Assembly: GCA_025993795.1 (NCBI GenBank) | Contig: JAMQHL010000034.1 | Coordinates: forward strand, 9,291-73,290 | Length of the DNA: 64,000 bases | DNA from: Planctomycetota bacterium | GTDB lineage: Bacteria > Planctomycetota > UBA8742 > UBA2392 | Direction: 5' to 3' | Shown here: piece by piece, positions 9,454 to 19,052 of the stretch | Layout of the letters: each line of letters starts with the position of its first letter | Numbering within the stretch: position 1 is the first letter of the stretch | The notes under the pieces: model-generated | Database searches by the model: none | Seen by the model: only the letters and a program-made list of their open reading frames with translations | What the model was told of the DNA's origin: nothing | Made by a program: the position numbers and the translations under genes

Positions 9454-9624
9454 AGGGTCTGCGCTGTCTTACAGCGCCTTGTTTAAGCGGCTTCCGGGAG
9501 ATCGGAGAGATTCTATTCGCCGGCGGCGTTCACGCAAGGAGTAGTCGCGTATGTCGCCCGCAGCGGCCACTGACAGGCAGCGGACCCGGCTGGCCCGACC
9601 CGGCCCCTTGGCTATACTTGGAGC

Positions 9625-10014
9625 ATGCGCCTGACTGCCCAATGTGCTTGCGGATGGCAACGCAGCCTCAGCCCATTCTACGCGGGTAGACGCCTGCGTT
9701 GTCCCGAGTGCGGGCAGGTAGTCCCGGCCCGCAGCTTGACCGTTGCGCGTTCCAGGCCGCTAGCCGCCTTTGCCCGCCGGCCCGTGCGTGGGGCGCTGTG
9801 GTTGCAGCGCGCCCTGCTGGCGTTGGTGCTCGTGGTTGCGGGCCAGACGCTGGTTTCGTACGAGATTGCCAACAGCATGGACCGCTTGCGCGATCTTGAA
9901 CGAGCAGGGCCGGAACCCGCGGCCGGCGAGCCTGAGGCGGTACGTCCAGAGCCGCCCCGGTTTCAGACCAGGCCAACGCCGGAGCGCGACACCGACCGCC
10001 TGGATGAGTTCTAG
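9625..10014 (+). CDS. Zinc-ribbon single-pass membrane protein
   Basis: CACG ... CPECG, then hydrophobic ALLALVLVVAG. Confidence 0.7.
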   Translation: MRLTAQCACGWQRSLSPFYAGRRLRCPECGQVVPARSLTVARSRPLAAFARRPVRGALWLQRALLALVLVVAGQTLVSYEIANSMDRLRDLERAGPEPAAGEPEAVRPEPPRFQTRPTPERDTDRLDEF

Positions 10015-10062
10015 CGCGAGCCGCGCGCCGTCGTTACCATCGCGCCCCGAAGGACAGAGACC

Positions 10063-10698
10063 ATGACCTACCGGATTACCTGCCTGTTACTGATCGCTTT
10101 GGCCCTTGCCGGTTGTGGCGGCGGTGCCGTGAACAACCAGCCGGATGGTGACGCGACTGGCGGCTGTAAGCCCGCGCCGGTCAATGACGCACCGCCGGCC
10201 AACAAGGCCGACGACACACCCAGGGAAGACCCGTTCCTCTACCAGAAAGTACAGGCCGCGCCGGTGGGCGGATGGGTTGCATTGAGCAAGGACGGCCGCT
10301 CTGAGCTGTTGAAGCACGCAAAGCCTGACCTGCCCAAGGACCTGAAGTATGTTGCCGGAGTCTGCAACACAAAGGCGCCCGGAGGCACGGAAGGCGAATC
10401 ACACTGGAACGACTGGTTGAAGCAGGCTGCGGGCGCGATCTTGTACCATGCCAGCAAGGACCAGATGGACCTGGCGGCAGCGGTGAAGGAGTACGCGCCC
10501 AAGATTGCCGCGGGCGTGCCAGAGGTGAAGACAGAGGGCGAAGTCGCCTGGACAGCCATGCAGGGCGGCGAAGTGCAGGTCATCGCACTGAAAAACAAAC
10601 TCGGTACTTACATTGTGGTCGGCATCATCCTGGCGTCGGATGCCGACGAGCATTCCAGCCAGATTCGGCAGTGGGCAGCCAGCATCAAAACGGAATAG
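10063..10698 (+). CDS. Hypothetical lipoprotein
   Basis: Lipobox LAGC after a hydrophobic signal; SD-like AAGGA upstream. Confidence 0.8.
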   Translation: MTYRITCLLLIALALAGCGGGAVNNQPDGDATGGCKPAPVNDAPPANKADDTPREDPFLYQKVQAAPVGGWVALSKDGRSELLKHAKPDLPKDLKYVAGVCNTKAPGGTEGESHWNDWLKQAAGAILYHASKDQMDLAAAVKEYAPKIAAGVPEVKTEGEVAWTAMQGGEVQVIALKNKLGTYIVVGIILASDADEHSSQIRQWAASIKTE

Positions 10699-10706
10699 GA
10701 ACGATC

Positions 10707-10811
10707 ATGGGATACAACAGCAGCAAGAAGGGTCACCTCAAGAACAAGCGCGCGAAGATGAAGCGCGCCAAAGAACGCAAGCGCAAGGAAAGCCTTGAAA
10801 AGAAGAAGTAA
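10707..10811 (+). CDS. 34-aa Lys/Arg-rich small protein (not in the ORF track)
   Basis: MGYNSSKKGHLKNKRAKMKRAKERKRKESLEKKK*; AGGA at 10697-10700; followed by a hairpin. Confidence 0.7.
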   Translation: MGYNSSKKGHLKNKRAKMKRAKERKRKESLEKKK

Positions 10812-10817
10812 CTGACC

Positions 10818-10882
10818 TCGGGAATCGGCAATCGGGAATCGGGAATCGCGCCAGTTGCTGATTCCCGATTCCCGATTCCCGA
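10818..10882. repeat. Heptamer tandem repeat arranged as inverted repeat
   Basis: (TCGGGAA)x4 with one mismatch, 11-nt loop, (GATTCCC)x3. Confidence 0.9.
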
Positions 10883-10895
10883 ACACCGGTTCCCT

Positions 10896-11990
10896 ATGCA
10901 CCGCGTCTGGGCTGAAATCGACACTGCTGCCGTGCGCCACAACCTTCGCGCGATCCGTGCCCGTGCGCCCGGGGCCAAGGTCATGGCGGTGCTCAAAGCC
11001 AACGCCTATGGCCATGGCGCCGTTGAGATGGCGCGACTTCTGGTTGGGCAAGGCATCGATCATCTTGGCGTCGGCGACAGCGGCGAGGCCCTTGAACTGC
11101 GCGATGCGGGCATCACAGCACCGATCCTGATCGTCGGCGGCATCATTCCCGGTGAAATGCCCGCTGTCGTTGCCCGCGACATCGAAGTCAACCTGCATAC
11201 CGTTCAGATGGCCAGCGAACTTAACGCCGAGGCCCAGCGCCAGGGGGCAACGGTGCGCGTCCACCTCAAGATCGACACCGGTATGGGGCGCCTTGGCATG
11301 CAGCCCTTCGAAGCCGTGCCCTTTCTGCACAAGTTGCGCAGCCTGCGAAATCTTGAGCTGGTGGGATTGTGCACGCACTTCAGTTCTCCCTATGAGGAGA
11401 ACCCCGCGTTCACCCAGCGCCAGATTGAGTACTTCAACCTGGCAGCCGAGGTGGCCGACCGCCTTGGCTATGGCGACCTGGCGCTGCATGCCAGCTCAAG
11501 CCTTGCTGTCTGGAATCATCCCAGTGCCCAGTTCAACCTGGTGCGCACCGGCATCGCGCTGTGGGGCCTCTTGCCCGGTGGCGAGTCGGGCTGGGAGCAG
11601 GCGTTGAAGCCGGTTCTGGCGCTCAAGAGCCGCATCCTGTTTCTCAAGGACGTGCCCGAGGGGACACCCATCGGCTACAACCGCACCTATTATACGCCGG
11701 CGCCAATGCGCATTGCGACCCTGCCGGTCGGCTACAACGACGGCTACCGTACAAGTCTGAGCAACCGTGCGCAGGTGCTGGTGCGCGGCAAGCGCTGCCC
11801 TGTCGTCGGGCGCGTGAGCATGGACTACACCACAATCGACGTTGGCCACGTACCGGACGCTGCGGTGGGTGACGAAGTAACATTGGTCGGCGATGCCATC
11901 AGCCTGTACGAGGTCGCTGCATGGGCAGAAGCCATCCCCTATGAGATCTTGTGCGGACTGGGCCGTCGCGTCGCGCGGGTTTACATTTAG
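10896..11990 (+). CDS. alr: Alanine racemase
   Basis: VLKANAYGHG PLP-lysine motif, HLKIDTGMGRLG, IGYNRTY, GRVSMD. Confidence 0.96.
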   Translation: MHRVWAEIDTAAVRHNLRAIRARAPGAKVMAVLKANAYGHGAVEMARLLVGQGIDHLGVGDSGEALELRDAGITAPILIVGGIIPGEMPAVVARDIEVNLHTVQMASELNAEAQRQGATVRVHLKIDTGMGRLGMQPFEAVPFLHKLRSLRNLELVGLCTHFSSPYEENPAFTQRQIEYFNLAAEVADRLGYGDLALHASSSLAVWNHPSAQFNLVRTGIALWGLLPGGESGWEQALKPVLALKSRILFLKDVPEGTPIGYNRTYYTPAPMRIATLPVGYNDGYRTSLSNRAQVLVRGKRCPVVGRVSMDYTTIDVGHVPDAAVGDEVTLVGDAISLYEVAAWAEAIPYEILCGLGRRVARVYI

Positions 11991-12121
11991 TTGTCAGTTC
12001 CCAGTTGTCAGTTTTCAGACCGGGTGTTTGATGGAAGGGGCCTGCGGCGGAGAAGGTTGAACGCCAGAGCAGGCGGCAACGTGACGCCGAAAACTGACAA
12101 CCGACGACTGACAACCGGCAA
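11991..12121. repeat. Heptamer-based inverted repeat
   Basis: TTGTCAG TTCCCAG TTGTCAG TTTTCAG ... CTGACAA CCGACGA CTGACAA CCGGCAA. Confidence 0.8.
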
Positions 12122-12128
12122 CGAAAAC

Positions 12129-12608
12129 ATGCCCGAAGCGCCCCCCGACATGCAGGCACTTGGCCGCGTACCCACCGGCCTCTACATCATCACAGCCGAG
12201 AACAACGGCCAGCGGGCGGGGTTTCTCGCCAGTTGGGTGTGCCAAGCCGGGTTTTCGCCGCCTGCCGTTACCGTTGCCGTCAAACAGGACCGGCCGATCA
12301 TGCGCCAGATGAGCCGGTTCGCGCACTTTGCTGTCAACCTGCTGGGCAAGGATGACCAGGCCATCATGGGCCGTTTCGCGCGCGGCTTTGATATTGGGCA
12401 AGACCCGTTTGCCGGAAGCCAGATTAAGCGCACAGACAACAACACGCCGTACCTGCCCGACGCGCTGGGCTTTCTGGAGTGCCGCGTACTGCGCGTTCTG
12501 GAGCCAAGCACCGAGCACAACATCATCGCTGCCGAAGTCATTGGCGGCCGGATGTTGAAAGAAGGCGAGCCCTGGGTGCATGTGCGCAAGAGCGGCGAGC
12601 ATTATTGA
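12129..12608 (+). CDS. Flavin reductase-like FMN-binding protein
   Basis: ALGRVPTGLYIIT, FLASWVCQ, FAVNLL, EHNII, WVH; start after the repeat at ATG 12129. Confidence 0.88.
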   Translation: MPEAPPDMQALGRVPTGLYIITAENNGQRAGFLASWVCQAGFSPPAVTVAVKQDRPIMRQMSRFAHFAVNLLGKDDQAIMGRFARGFDIGQDPFAGSQIKRTDNNTPYLPDALGFLECRVLRVLEPSTEHNIIAAEVIGGRMLKEGEPWVHVRKSGEHY

Positions 12609-12698
12609 TTGTGGGGGATGGGGTTTAGGGCGAAGGGATTAGGCCATGGGGCGTAGCGCCGTGGTGCCGACGTTCCACTCCTGCCTCCTGCGACGCCC

Positions 12699-14582
12699 AT
12701 GGACCCAGCCTGCCAGATCCTTAAAGCCGCCCGCCGCATCGCCGTTCTCGGCATGTCGCCGAAATCGCACCGCACCAGCCACGCCATCGCGCTGTATCTG
12801 CAAGGTGCCGGCTACGAGGTTATTCCCGTCAATCCCGGCCACACTGAGATCGAGGGCATGAAGTGCTACCGCACGCTGCAAGGAGTGCCCGGCCCCGTGG
12901 ACATTGTTGACGTATTCCGCGCCGCAGAACACGAGCACGAAGTCTGCGCCGAAGTACTGACCATGGACCCGCTGCCCAGAGCCGTCTGGTTTCAGCTGAA
13001 CGCCGGAGGCTGGGAGGTCGAAGGTAAACTGCGCGACCACGGCATTGAGGTGTTCGTAGACAGCTGCATCAAGGTCGTCCACAGCCTGTGTGCCGGTCGG
13101 GGGGTGAGCGTCAGCGCGGGTGTTCTCGCCCATGGCACTTGCCTTTCCGCGACCAGAAGCAAACATCACGCCATGCCCAAACGCCTGCTGGTTGTCGGAC
13201 TGGACTGTCTTGAACCTTCGCTGGCTTTTGACCGCTGGGCCGACCGCATGCCCAATCTTACGCGGCTGCGTGAGCGCGGCGTATGGGCGCGCATGCGCAG
13301 CACCATTCCGCCAATCACCATTCCCGCCTGGCAGTGCATGGTCACCGGCAAAGACCCCGGCACACTGGGCATGTACGGTTTTCGCAACCGCAAGGATTAC
13401 AGCTACGACGCATTCGTCTTTGCCGACGGCAGGATGGTCCGCGAACCGCGCGTCTGGGACGTGCTGAGCAAGCAGGGCCTCAAGAACATCATCCTGGGTG
13501 TGCCGCAAACTTACCCGCCCAAGCCGCTCAACGGCGTTATGGTTAGCGGCTTTCCGCTGCCGGACATGGAAGGCACCTGGACGTATCCGGCGACGCTCAA
13601 GCAGGAAGTGATGTCGGTTTGCGACTACATACCCGACGCCGAAGATTTTCGCAGCGAGAACAAACAGGAAATCCTCGACACGCTGATCACCATGGCGCAG
13701 CGCCGCTTCAAGCTCGCCGGCCACCTGCTGGCGAACAAGCCGTGGGACTTCTTCATGATGGTCGAGATGGGCACCGACCGGATTGTGCACGTGCTGTGGC
13801 GCTACACCGACGAAAAGCATCGGCACTATGTGCCCAACCACCCGCTGAACAACGCGATGCGCGACTACTATGCACTGTGCGACAAGCTGATGGGCGAGCT
13901 GATCGCGCCCTATGAAAACGACCCCGACACGGCAATCGCCGTCGTCAGCGACCACGGCGCGCGCGGCATGGATGGCGGCATCCGCATCAATGAGTGGCTG
14001 ATCCGTGAAGGCTACCTCACGCTGAAAGAGCGCCCCAAAGAACTGGTCGGCATGAGCAAGCTGATCAAGGCAGGGCAGATTGACTGGTCGCGCACGAAAG
14101 TCTGGGCCGAGGGCGGCTATTACTCGCGCATCATGCTGAATATCAAGGACCGTGAACCCGAGGGCATCGTCGAACCCGCAGCAGTGCCCGCGCTGCTGGC
14201 AGAGCTGACCGCGAAGTTAAAGGCCATCCCCGACGACCAGGGGCGACCGCTGACCACCCACGTCTACACGGCGCAGGAAACTTACAAGGTCGTGAAGAAC
14301 ATCCCGCCGGATCTGATCGTGATCTTTGGCGATTTGGGCTGGCGCAGCATCGGCAGCATCCCGACGGAAGAAAACGCGCCGCTGCACGTGTTCGAGAACG
14401 ACACCGGCCCCGACGACGCCAACCACAACTGGCACGGCTGCTTTGCCATGGCCGGATGCTCCGTGCCCGCCAAGGGCGAGTTGCCGGCTTTCAGTCTGAT
14501 GGATTTCGCGCCAACAGTGCTCAAGTACTTCAATGCCGAAGTGCCCGCCGACATGCAGGGCGCGGCTTTGTCAATCGTCTGA
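12699..14582 (+). CDS. CoA-binding (YccU-like) domain in frame with an alkaline phosphatase/NPP-family phosphodiesterase
   Basis: N-part IAVLGMSPK..YEVIPVNP..VDIVDVFR; C-part GLD, STIPPITIPAW, SDHG; no stop between them. Confidence 0.7.
   Translation: MDPACQILKAARRIAVLGMSPKSHRTSHAIALYLQGAGYEVIPVNPGHTEIEGMKCYRTLQGVPGPVDIVDVFRAAEHEHEVCAEVLTMDPLPRAVWFQLNAGGWEVEGKLRDHGIEVFVDSCIKVVHSLCAGRGVSVSAGVLAHGTCLSATRSKHHAMPKRLLVVGLDCLEPSLAFDRWADRMPNLTRLRERGVWARMRSTIPPITIPAWQCMVTGKDPGTLGMYGFRNRKDYSYDAFVFADGRMVREPRVWDVLSKQGLKNIILGVPQTYPPKPLNGVMVSGFPLPDMEGTWTYPATLKQEVMSVCDYIPDAEDFRSENKQEILDTLITMAQRRFKLAGHLLANKPWDFFMMVEMGTDRIVHVLWRYTDEKHRHYVPNHPLNNAMRDYYALCDKLMGELIAPYENDPDTAIAVVSDHGARGMDGGIRINEWLIREGYLTLKERPKELVGMSKLIKAGQIDWSRTKVWAEGGYYSRIMLNIKDREPEGIVEPAAVPALLAELTAKLKAIPDDQGRPLTTHVYTAQETYKVVKNIPPDLIVIFGDLGWRSIGSIPTEENAPLHVFENDTGPDDANHNWHGCFAMAGCSVPAKGELPAFSLMDFAPTVLKYFNAEVPADMQGAALSIV
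13173..14582 (+). CDS. Type I phosphodiesterase/nucleotide pyrophosphatase family protein (probable independent start MPKRLL)
   Basis: In-frame ATG directly before the first beta-strand LLVVGLD typical of the family. Confidence 0.65.
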   Translation: MPKRLLVVGLDCLEPSLAFDRWADRMPNLTRLRERGVWARMRSTIPPITIPAWQCMVTGKDPGTLGMYGFRNRKDYSYDAFVFADGRMVREPRVWDVLSKQGLKNIILGVPQTYPPKPLNGVMVSGFPLPDMEGTWTYPATLKQEVMSVCDYIPDAEDFRSENKQEILDTLITMAQRRFKLAGHLLANKPWDFFMMVEMGTDRIVHVLWRYTDEKHRHYVPNHPLNNAMRDYYALCDKLMGELIAPYENDPDTAIAVVSDHGARGMDGGIRINEWLIREGYLTLKERPKELVGMSKLIKAGQIDWSRTKVWAEGGYYSRIMLNIKDREPEGIVEPAAVPALLAELTAKLKAIPDDQGRPLTTHVYTAQETYKVVKNIPPDLIVIFGDLGWRSIGSIPTEENAPLHVFENDTGPDDANHNWHGCFAMAGCSVPAKGELPAFSLMDFAPTVLKYFNAEVPADMQGAALSIV

Positions 14583-14831
14583 TAGCAGGAAGTGCCGCTT
14601 GAGGAAAGCTCGTCCTGAACCTGTCTTGAGATAGCGCTCGAATTCCAGCGCCTTGTGCTTCGTCGGGAACCGCAACGCCACCAAGCATTGCCATGGCGCG
14701 TACTTAGAGGTGTGCCTCGCACGGCCTGCGTCGTGATCGGACAGCCGCTTGTTCAGGTCTTCGGTAAAACCTGTATAGATTTGATTTGGATGTGAAATGC
14801 TCTTGAGCACGTACACGTAGAAGAACGTCAT
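14571..14831 (-). CDS. Small GIY-YIG nuclease family protein
   Basis: FYVYVL..IYTGFT..KRLSDH..HTSKYAPW..ALEFERYLKTGSGRAF. Confidence 0.9.
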   Translation of the reverse strand: MTFFYVYVLKSISHPNQIYTGFTEDLNKRLSDHDAGRARHTSKYAPWQCLVALRFPTKHKALEFERYLKTGSGRAFLKRHFLLSDD

Positions 14832-14857
14832 CGGCTGCCTTCTCAGCGTTCGCAATA

Positions 14858-14983
14858 GTCCGCCTTCGCCAAGGCTACGGCGGACACCAGACTTCGCAGC
14901 TGGCACCCTCAAGGTCTTGTCGCGCATTGGCTATGGCGCGCCAGACGAAGCAGCCTCGGACGATAGTCCGAGGCTGCGAAGTC

Positions 14984-14988
<5 letters not shown>
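14858..14988. repeat. Nested REP-like hairpins
   Basis: GTCCGCC..GGCGGAC (14858-14885); 16-bp inverted pair 14885-14900/14973-14988; GCAGCCTCGGA/TCCGAGGCTGC hairpin. Confidence 0.75.
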
Positions 14989-15059
<71 letters not shown>

Positions 15060-15154
15060 GAATGAGCGCGGAATGGTAATGGCGGCGCAAAAGTCACGCA
15101 ACCCCCGGCATTTCACAGGCTAAAACGTGGCGCGGTTGCTGCTATCCTGCGCCC

Positions 15155-16759
15155 ATGACTTCGCCGGTTCTGCTCGTCATCCTTGACGGTTGGGGTGTTG
15201 CCCCGCCCGGGCCCGGCAATGCAGTGGCTGCAGCCAACCCCGAGTGCTTCAACGCGCTGTGGCAGGATCACCCGCACACCACGATTGCGGCATGCGGCGA
15301 AGAAGTTGGCTTGCCCGCAGAACAGTTCGGCAACTCGGAAGTCGGCCACTTGAACCTGGGCGCCGGGCGCATTGTGTGGCAGGACATCACGCGCATCGAC
15401 AAAGAAATCCGCGAAGGGAAATTTGCCGCCAACCCGGCACTGAAGCAGGCGCTGAATGCCGCGGGCAGCACCGGGGCAATCCACCTGATCGGCCTCACCA
15501 GCGACGGCGGCGTGCACAGCGTTGACCGGCACTACTTCGCGCTGCTGGACTGGCTGAAGGGCGTGAACTTTGATGGCGACCGCGTGTTCTTTCACGTCAT
15601 CACGGACGGCCGCGACACGCCGCCGACAAGCGGACTGGGCCACGTCGAGCGCCTTGACGCAAAGATCGCGGCAACAGGAATGGGCCGCATCGCCTCTGTC
15701 TGCGGCCGCTACTATGCCATGGATCGCGACAAGCGCTGGGACCGCACGCAGCGCGCCTGGGACTTGTACACGCTGGGCGAAGCCGAGACCGGCACCGATG
15801 CGGCGCAGGTAATTCGGGACAACTACGACGCCGGCGTCACTGACGAGTTCATCAAGCCCCGCTTCATCGTCTCGCACGGCGAGCCCCTGGGCCACATGCG
15901 CGACGGCGATGCTGTCATCTTTTTCAACTTTCGAGCTGACCGCGCACGCCAGTTCTGCTGGGCGCTCACCAAGCCCGGCTTTGACGGCTTTGCACGGCGC
16001 AAGCAGCCGCAATGCACGCTCGTGACCCTGACCAGCTACGCGCCAGACATACCGGCCCACGTGATGTACAAGCCGCAATCGCTGAAGAACACGCTGGGCG
16101 AGTGGCTTGCGGGCAAGGGGCAGGCGCAGTTCCGCTGCGCCGAGACTGAGAAGTACGCCCATGTAACGTACTTTTTCAATGGCGGCGTGGAGCAGCCGAA
16201 CCCGGGCGAAGACCGCGCGCTGGTACCGTCGCCCAAAGTCGCGACGTATGACCTGCAACCAGAGATGAGCGCGCCTGAAGTTTCGCGCAACGTTTGCGCC
16301 GCCCTTGCCGGCGGCAAATACCCGTTCGTGCTGGTGAACTTTGCCAACCCTGACATGACCGGCCATACGGGCATCTTCGAGGCCGCGGTCAAGGGAATTC
16401 AGGCCACAGACAAGGCGCTGCGCGAGGTTGTGGTTGCAGCCGAGCAGGCAGGCTACGCCGTGCTGGTGACGGCCGACCACGGCAACGCTGAAGAAATGCT
16501 GCTGAGTGCCGACGCCGCCAGGAATCCGCGAAACCAGGAAAAGGGCACGTCGTATGCATCGCCGGTCTTGGCTCGCGCTGACGGTATGGCCTCCAGCACA
16601 CAGCACAGCCACAACCGAGTACCGCTGATACTGTGCGGCAAACACCCGCCCCGAAAACTGGCCGACGGCGGCAGGTTGTCCGACGTGGCGCCCACGGTGC
16701 TTGACTTGATGGGTGTTAGGCCGCCGGGCGAAATGACAGGACGGTCATTGCTGCGCTGA
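15155..16759 (+). CDS. gpmI: 2,3-bisphosphoglycerate-independent phosphoglycerate mutase
   Basis: LVILDGWG, GNSEVGH, TDGRDT, GRYYAMDRDKRW, ETEKYAHVT, NPDMTGH, DHGNAE. Confidence 0.97.
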   Translation: MTSPVLLVILDGWGVAPPGPGNAVAAANPECFNALWQDHPHTTIAACGEEVGLPAEQFGNSEVGHLNLGAGRIVWQDITRIDKEIREGKFAANPALKQALNAAGSTGAIHLIGLTSDGGVHSVDRHYFALLDWLKGVNFDGDRVFFHVITDGRDTPPTSGLGHVERLDAKIAATGMGRIASVCGRYYAMDRDKRWDRTQRAWDLYTLGEAETGTDAAQVIRDNYDAGVTDEFIKPRFIVSHGEPLGHMRDGDAVIFFNFRADRARQFCWALTKPGFDGFARRKQPQCTLVTLTSYAPDIPAHVMYKPQSLKNTLGEWLAGKGQAQFRCAETEKYAHVTYFFNGGVEQPNPGEDRALVPSPKVATYDLQPEMSAPEVSRNVCAALAGGKYPFVLVNFANPDMTGHTGIFEAAVKGIQATDKALREVVVAAEQAGYAVLVTADHGNAEEMLLSADAARNPRNQEKGTSYASPVLARADGMASSTQHSHNRVPLILCGKHPPRKLADGGRLSDVAPTVLDLMGVRPPGEMTGRSLLR

Positions 16760-16782
16760 TTGTTGTGGAGACCAGTACGCCC

Positions 16783-18069
16783 ATGGGTGAATCCATCCGG
16801 CTGGACATCACGAACCTGACCGCCGACAAAGTGGGCGAGCACGGTATTTCTGCGGCGGACGTTCTGGCGCTGGACGGGCGTGTGGCGGAGTTGCGCACCG
16901 TGGTTGAGCAAGAGCGCGGCGAGGGGGCGCACTACTACCTGGCGTCAGCGGCAGCCGCCAGCGAACTTGAGTCAGTGCTGCGCATCGCACAGCCGCGCAT
17001 GGGCCGCTTCGGGCACCTTGTTCTGCTTGGCATCGGCGGCAGCGCGCTTGGCCTGAAAATGCTGGCGCAGGCGCTGGCATATCTTGACACGTCAATGCCT
17101 GAGCTGCATGTGGTGGACAATACAGACCCCGCGCTGCTGGCGCGCGTGCTGGCGCGCATTGAGCTGAAGCAGACGCTGTTTGTGGCGGTCAGCAAGTCCG
17201 GCGGCACGCTGGAGACCGTGGTTGCGCTGGGCCACGTGGTCAGGTTGCTGCAGCACGCAGGGCTGGAGCTTTCTGACCACGTGCTGACGGTGACCGACCC
17301 GGAACAGGGCCCGCTGCGCGAGTTCACGCGACGCCACAACCTGGAAAGCGCGGACATCCACGCGGCGATCGGCGGGCGCTTCTCGGTGCTTACGCCGGCT
17401 GGCACGCTGCCCGCTGCGCTGCTGAACCTTGACGTGGCGTCGCTGCTGCACGGCGCTGACCGTATGGCCGGCGTATGCGCCAATGGTGAGCCCGCGAAGT
17501 TGTGGCCCGCGCGCCTTGGTGTGCTGGCCGCCGACCTGTGCCTCAAGCACGGCAAGACCGGCATTGTGTTCATGCCTTACAGTTCGCGGCTTGAGTACTT
17601 GTCAGACTGGTTCGTGCAACTGTGGGACGAGAGCCTTGGCAAGGACGGCAAGGGCCAGACTGCAATCCGGGCCGTCGGCGCGACGGACCAGCACGCACAA
17701 CTGCAACTGTTCATGGACGGCCCGAACGACAAGCTGCTGGTGTTCGTGCGAATCGAGAAACATGTGCCGGACGTGGCAATCGGCGACTTCGAGTGGGACC
17801 TGTTCGGGTGCCCATACGTCAAGGGCCGCACGTTGGGTCAGGTGATCAACGCCCAGCAGGCGGGCACGGCCGATGCGGCAACTGCGCGGGGGCGACCCAA
17901 CGCCACGCTGGTGCTGCCGCGCTTGAGCGCGGAGACAGTCGGTGAGCTGGTGATGGGCTTGATGGCAGCAACCACGTACGCATCCAAGGTACTGGGCGTA
18001 AACGCCTACGATCAACCGTCCGTCGAGCTTGGCAAGCGGATCAGCCGGCAGATGCTGGGCGGTCCCTAG
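16783..18069 (+). CDS. pgi: Glucose-6-phosphate isomerase
   Basis: LGIGGSALG, SKSGGTLET, GGRFSVLT, QLWDESLGK, TDQHAQLQ, DQPSVELGK; start may be 16765. Confidence 0.95.
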   Translation: MGESIRLDITNLTADKVGEHGISAADVLALDGRVAELRTVVEQERGEGAHYYLASAAAASELESVLRIAQPRMGRFGHLVLLGIGGSALGLKMLAQALAYLDTSMPELHVVDNTDPALLARVLARIELKQTLFVAVSKSGGTLETVVALGHVVRLLQHAGLELSDHVLTVTDPEQGPLREFTRRHNLESADIHAAIGGRFSVLTPAGTLPAALLNLDVASLLHGADRMAGVCANGEPAKLWPARLGVLAADLCLKHGKTGIVFMPYSSRLEYLSDWFVQLWDESLGKDGKGQTAIRAVGATDQHAQLQLFMDGPNDKLLVFVRIEKHVPDVAIGDFEWDLFGCPYVKGRTLGQVINAQQAGTADAATARGRPNATLVLPRLSAETVGELVMGLMAATTYASKVLGVNAYDQPSVELGKRISRQMLGGP

Positions 18070-18128
18070 CCTCGACGCATGCAGTTGTGGCATTCATGCG
18101 GCGAGTGCCGATGGAAGTTGCGGCGTTG

Positions 18129-18178
18129 CAGGCTCCTGCAGGGATGGTTTCGACACCAACCCTATCGGCAGGAGCCTG
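18129..18178. repeat. Long hairpin between convergent genes
   Basis: CAGGCTCCTGC ... GCAGGAGCCTG with an inner imperfect stem. Confidence 0.6.
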
Positions 18179-18227
18179 TTCATTTTTGCCGCGTTCCCAT
18201 CCCCCACAAGAAGCGCAAGAGTTGACG

Positions 18228-19052
18228 CTAGCCGTCGCGAGGCTTCTTCTCGTCTTTTTCGACATCGTCCCACTTCAGCAGGGCTTGGCCATCGTCCCCC
18301 ATAGCAACGAGTTCGGTCACCGCATCGTCTGTTTCCATCTTGATGATGCGGTCAAACCAGCCGTTACTGACCTCCCAGAGCTTGGTTACGCGCCTCGTAC
18401 GCAAGTCCTTAGTCGTGGACTTCATGCCGCTCCAGGATCTCCCCGCCAGTTCAAGGCCTTCGAATTCTTCTTGCGTGTGTTCGTATTTCACTTCGTTCGT
18501 TTCCTTGGCATCTGGACCTGGCTGAACAGGCTTTTCCATCACCGTGATTTCTTTGCCCTTCTCACCGGGCTTGCCAATCCAAGCTTTCTTGACATTGGCG
18601 AAACTATCTCTTGCTGACATGCTGACCGTGAAGGCCGTCACATAGCGGTGCTTGGAGGACTTCCTGAGGCTCATCTCTATCTTCTCGACAAGGATCGTTT
18701 CGCTTTCCACACGCACGATCGTCCAGCGGGTGGTCGTGGTCGCGCTTCCATCCTTCATCGTCGAGGTGGTTTCCCAGTACTGGCCGGACTTCGGATCGTG
18801 GAGAACCGTCACCCTGTACGCGGCCTTGGCCGTGCCATCGCGAAAGGGCTTGATGGTGGCATCGGTAGTGTCCGGCGCTTCAGACTTCTTGAACGCGTCA
18901 CCCTCTTTCACGGGTTTGTTATCGGGTTCGTCTTCGGCTTTGTCTTCGCGCTTGTCCTTGGGATCTGCGAGGACATTTCCGTTTTCGCCGCCGAATCCGA
19001 ATGCGCACAGCAACAGGACCGGGGTAACCAGAAATGCCAGTACACGCTGCAT
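18228..19052 (-). CDS. Hypothetical exported beta-rich protein
   Basis: N-terminal hydrophobic signal, charged linker, GGAG upstream. Confidence 0.75.
   Translation of the reverse strand: MQRVLAFLVTPVLLLCAFGFGGENGNVLADPKDKREDKAEDEPDNKPVKEGDAFKKSEAPDTTDATIKPFRDGTAKAAYRVTVLHDPKSGQYWETTSTMKDGSATTTTRWTIVRVESETILVEKIEMSLRKSSKHRYVTAFTVSMSARDSFANVKKAWIGKPGEKGKEITVMEKPVQPGPDAKETNEVKYEHTQEEFEGLELAGRSWSGMKSTTKDLRTRRVTKLWEVSNGWFDRIIKMETDDAVTELVAMGDDGQALLKWDDVEKDEKKPRDG

Noticed and set aside
10818-12121. Repeats near alr as a possible CRISPR array
   Set aside because: 7-bp tandem units with no unique spacers and no cas genes
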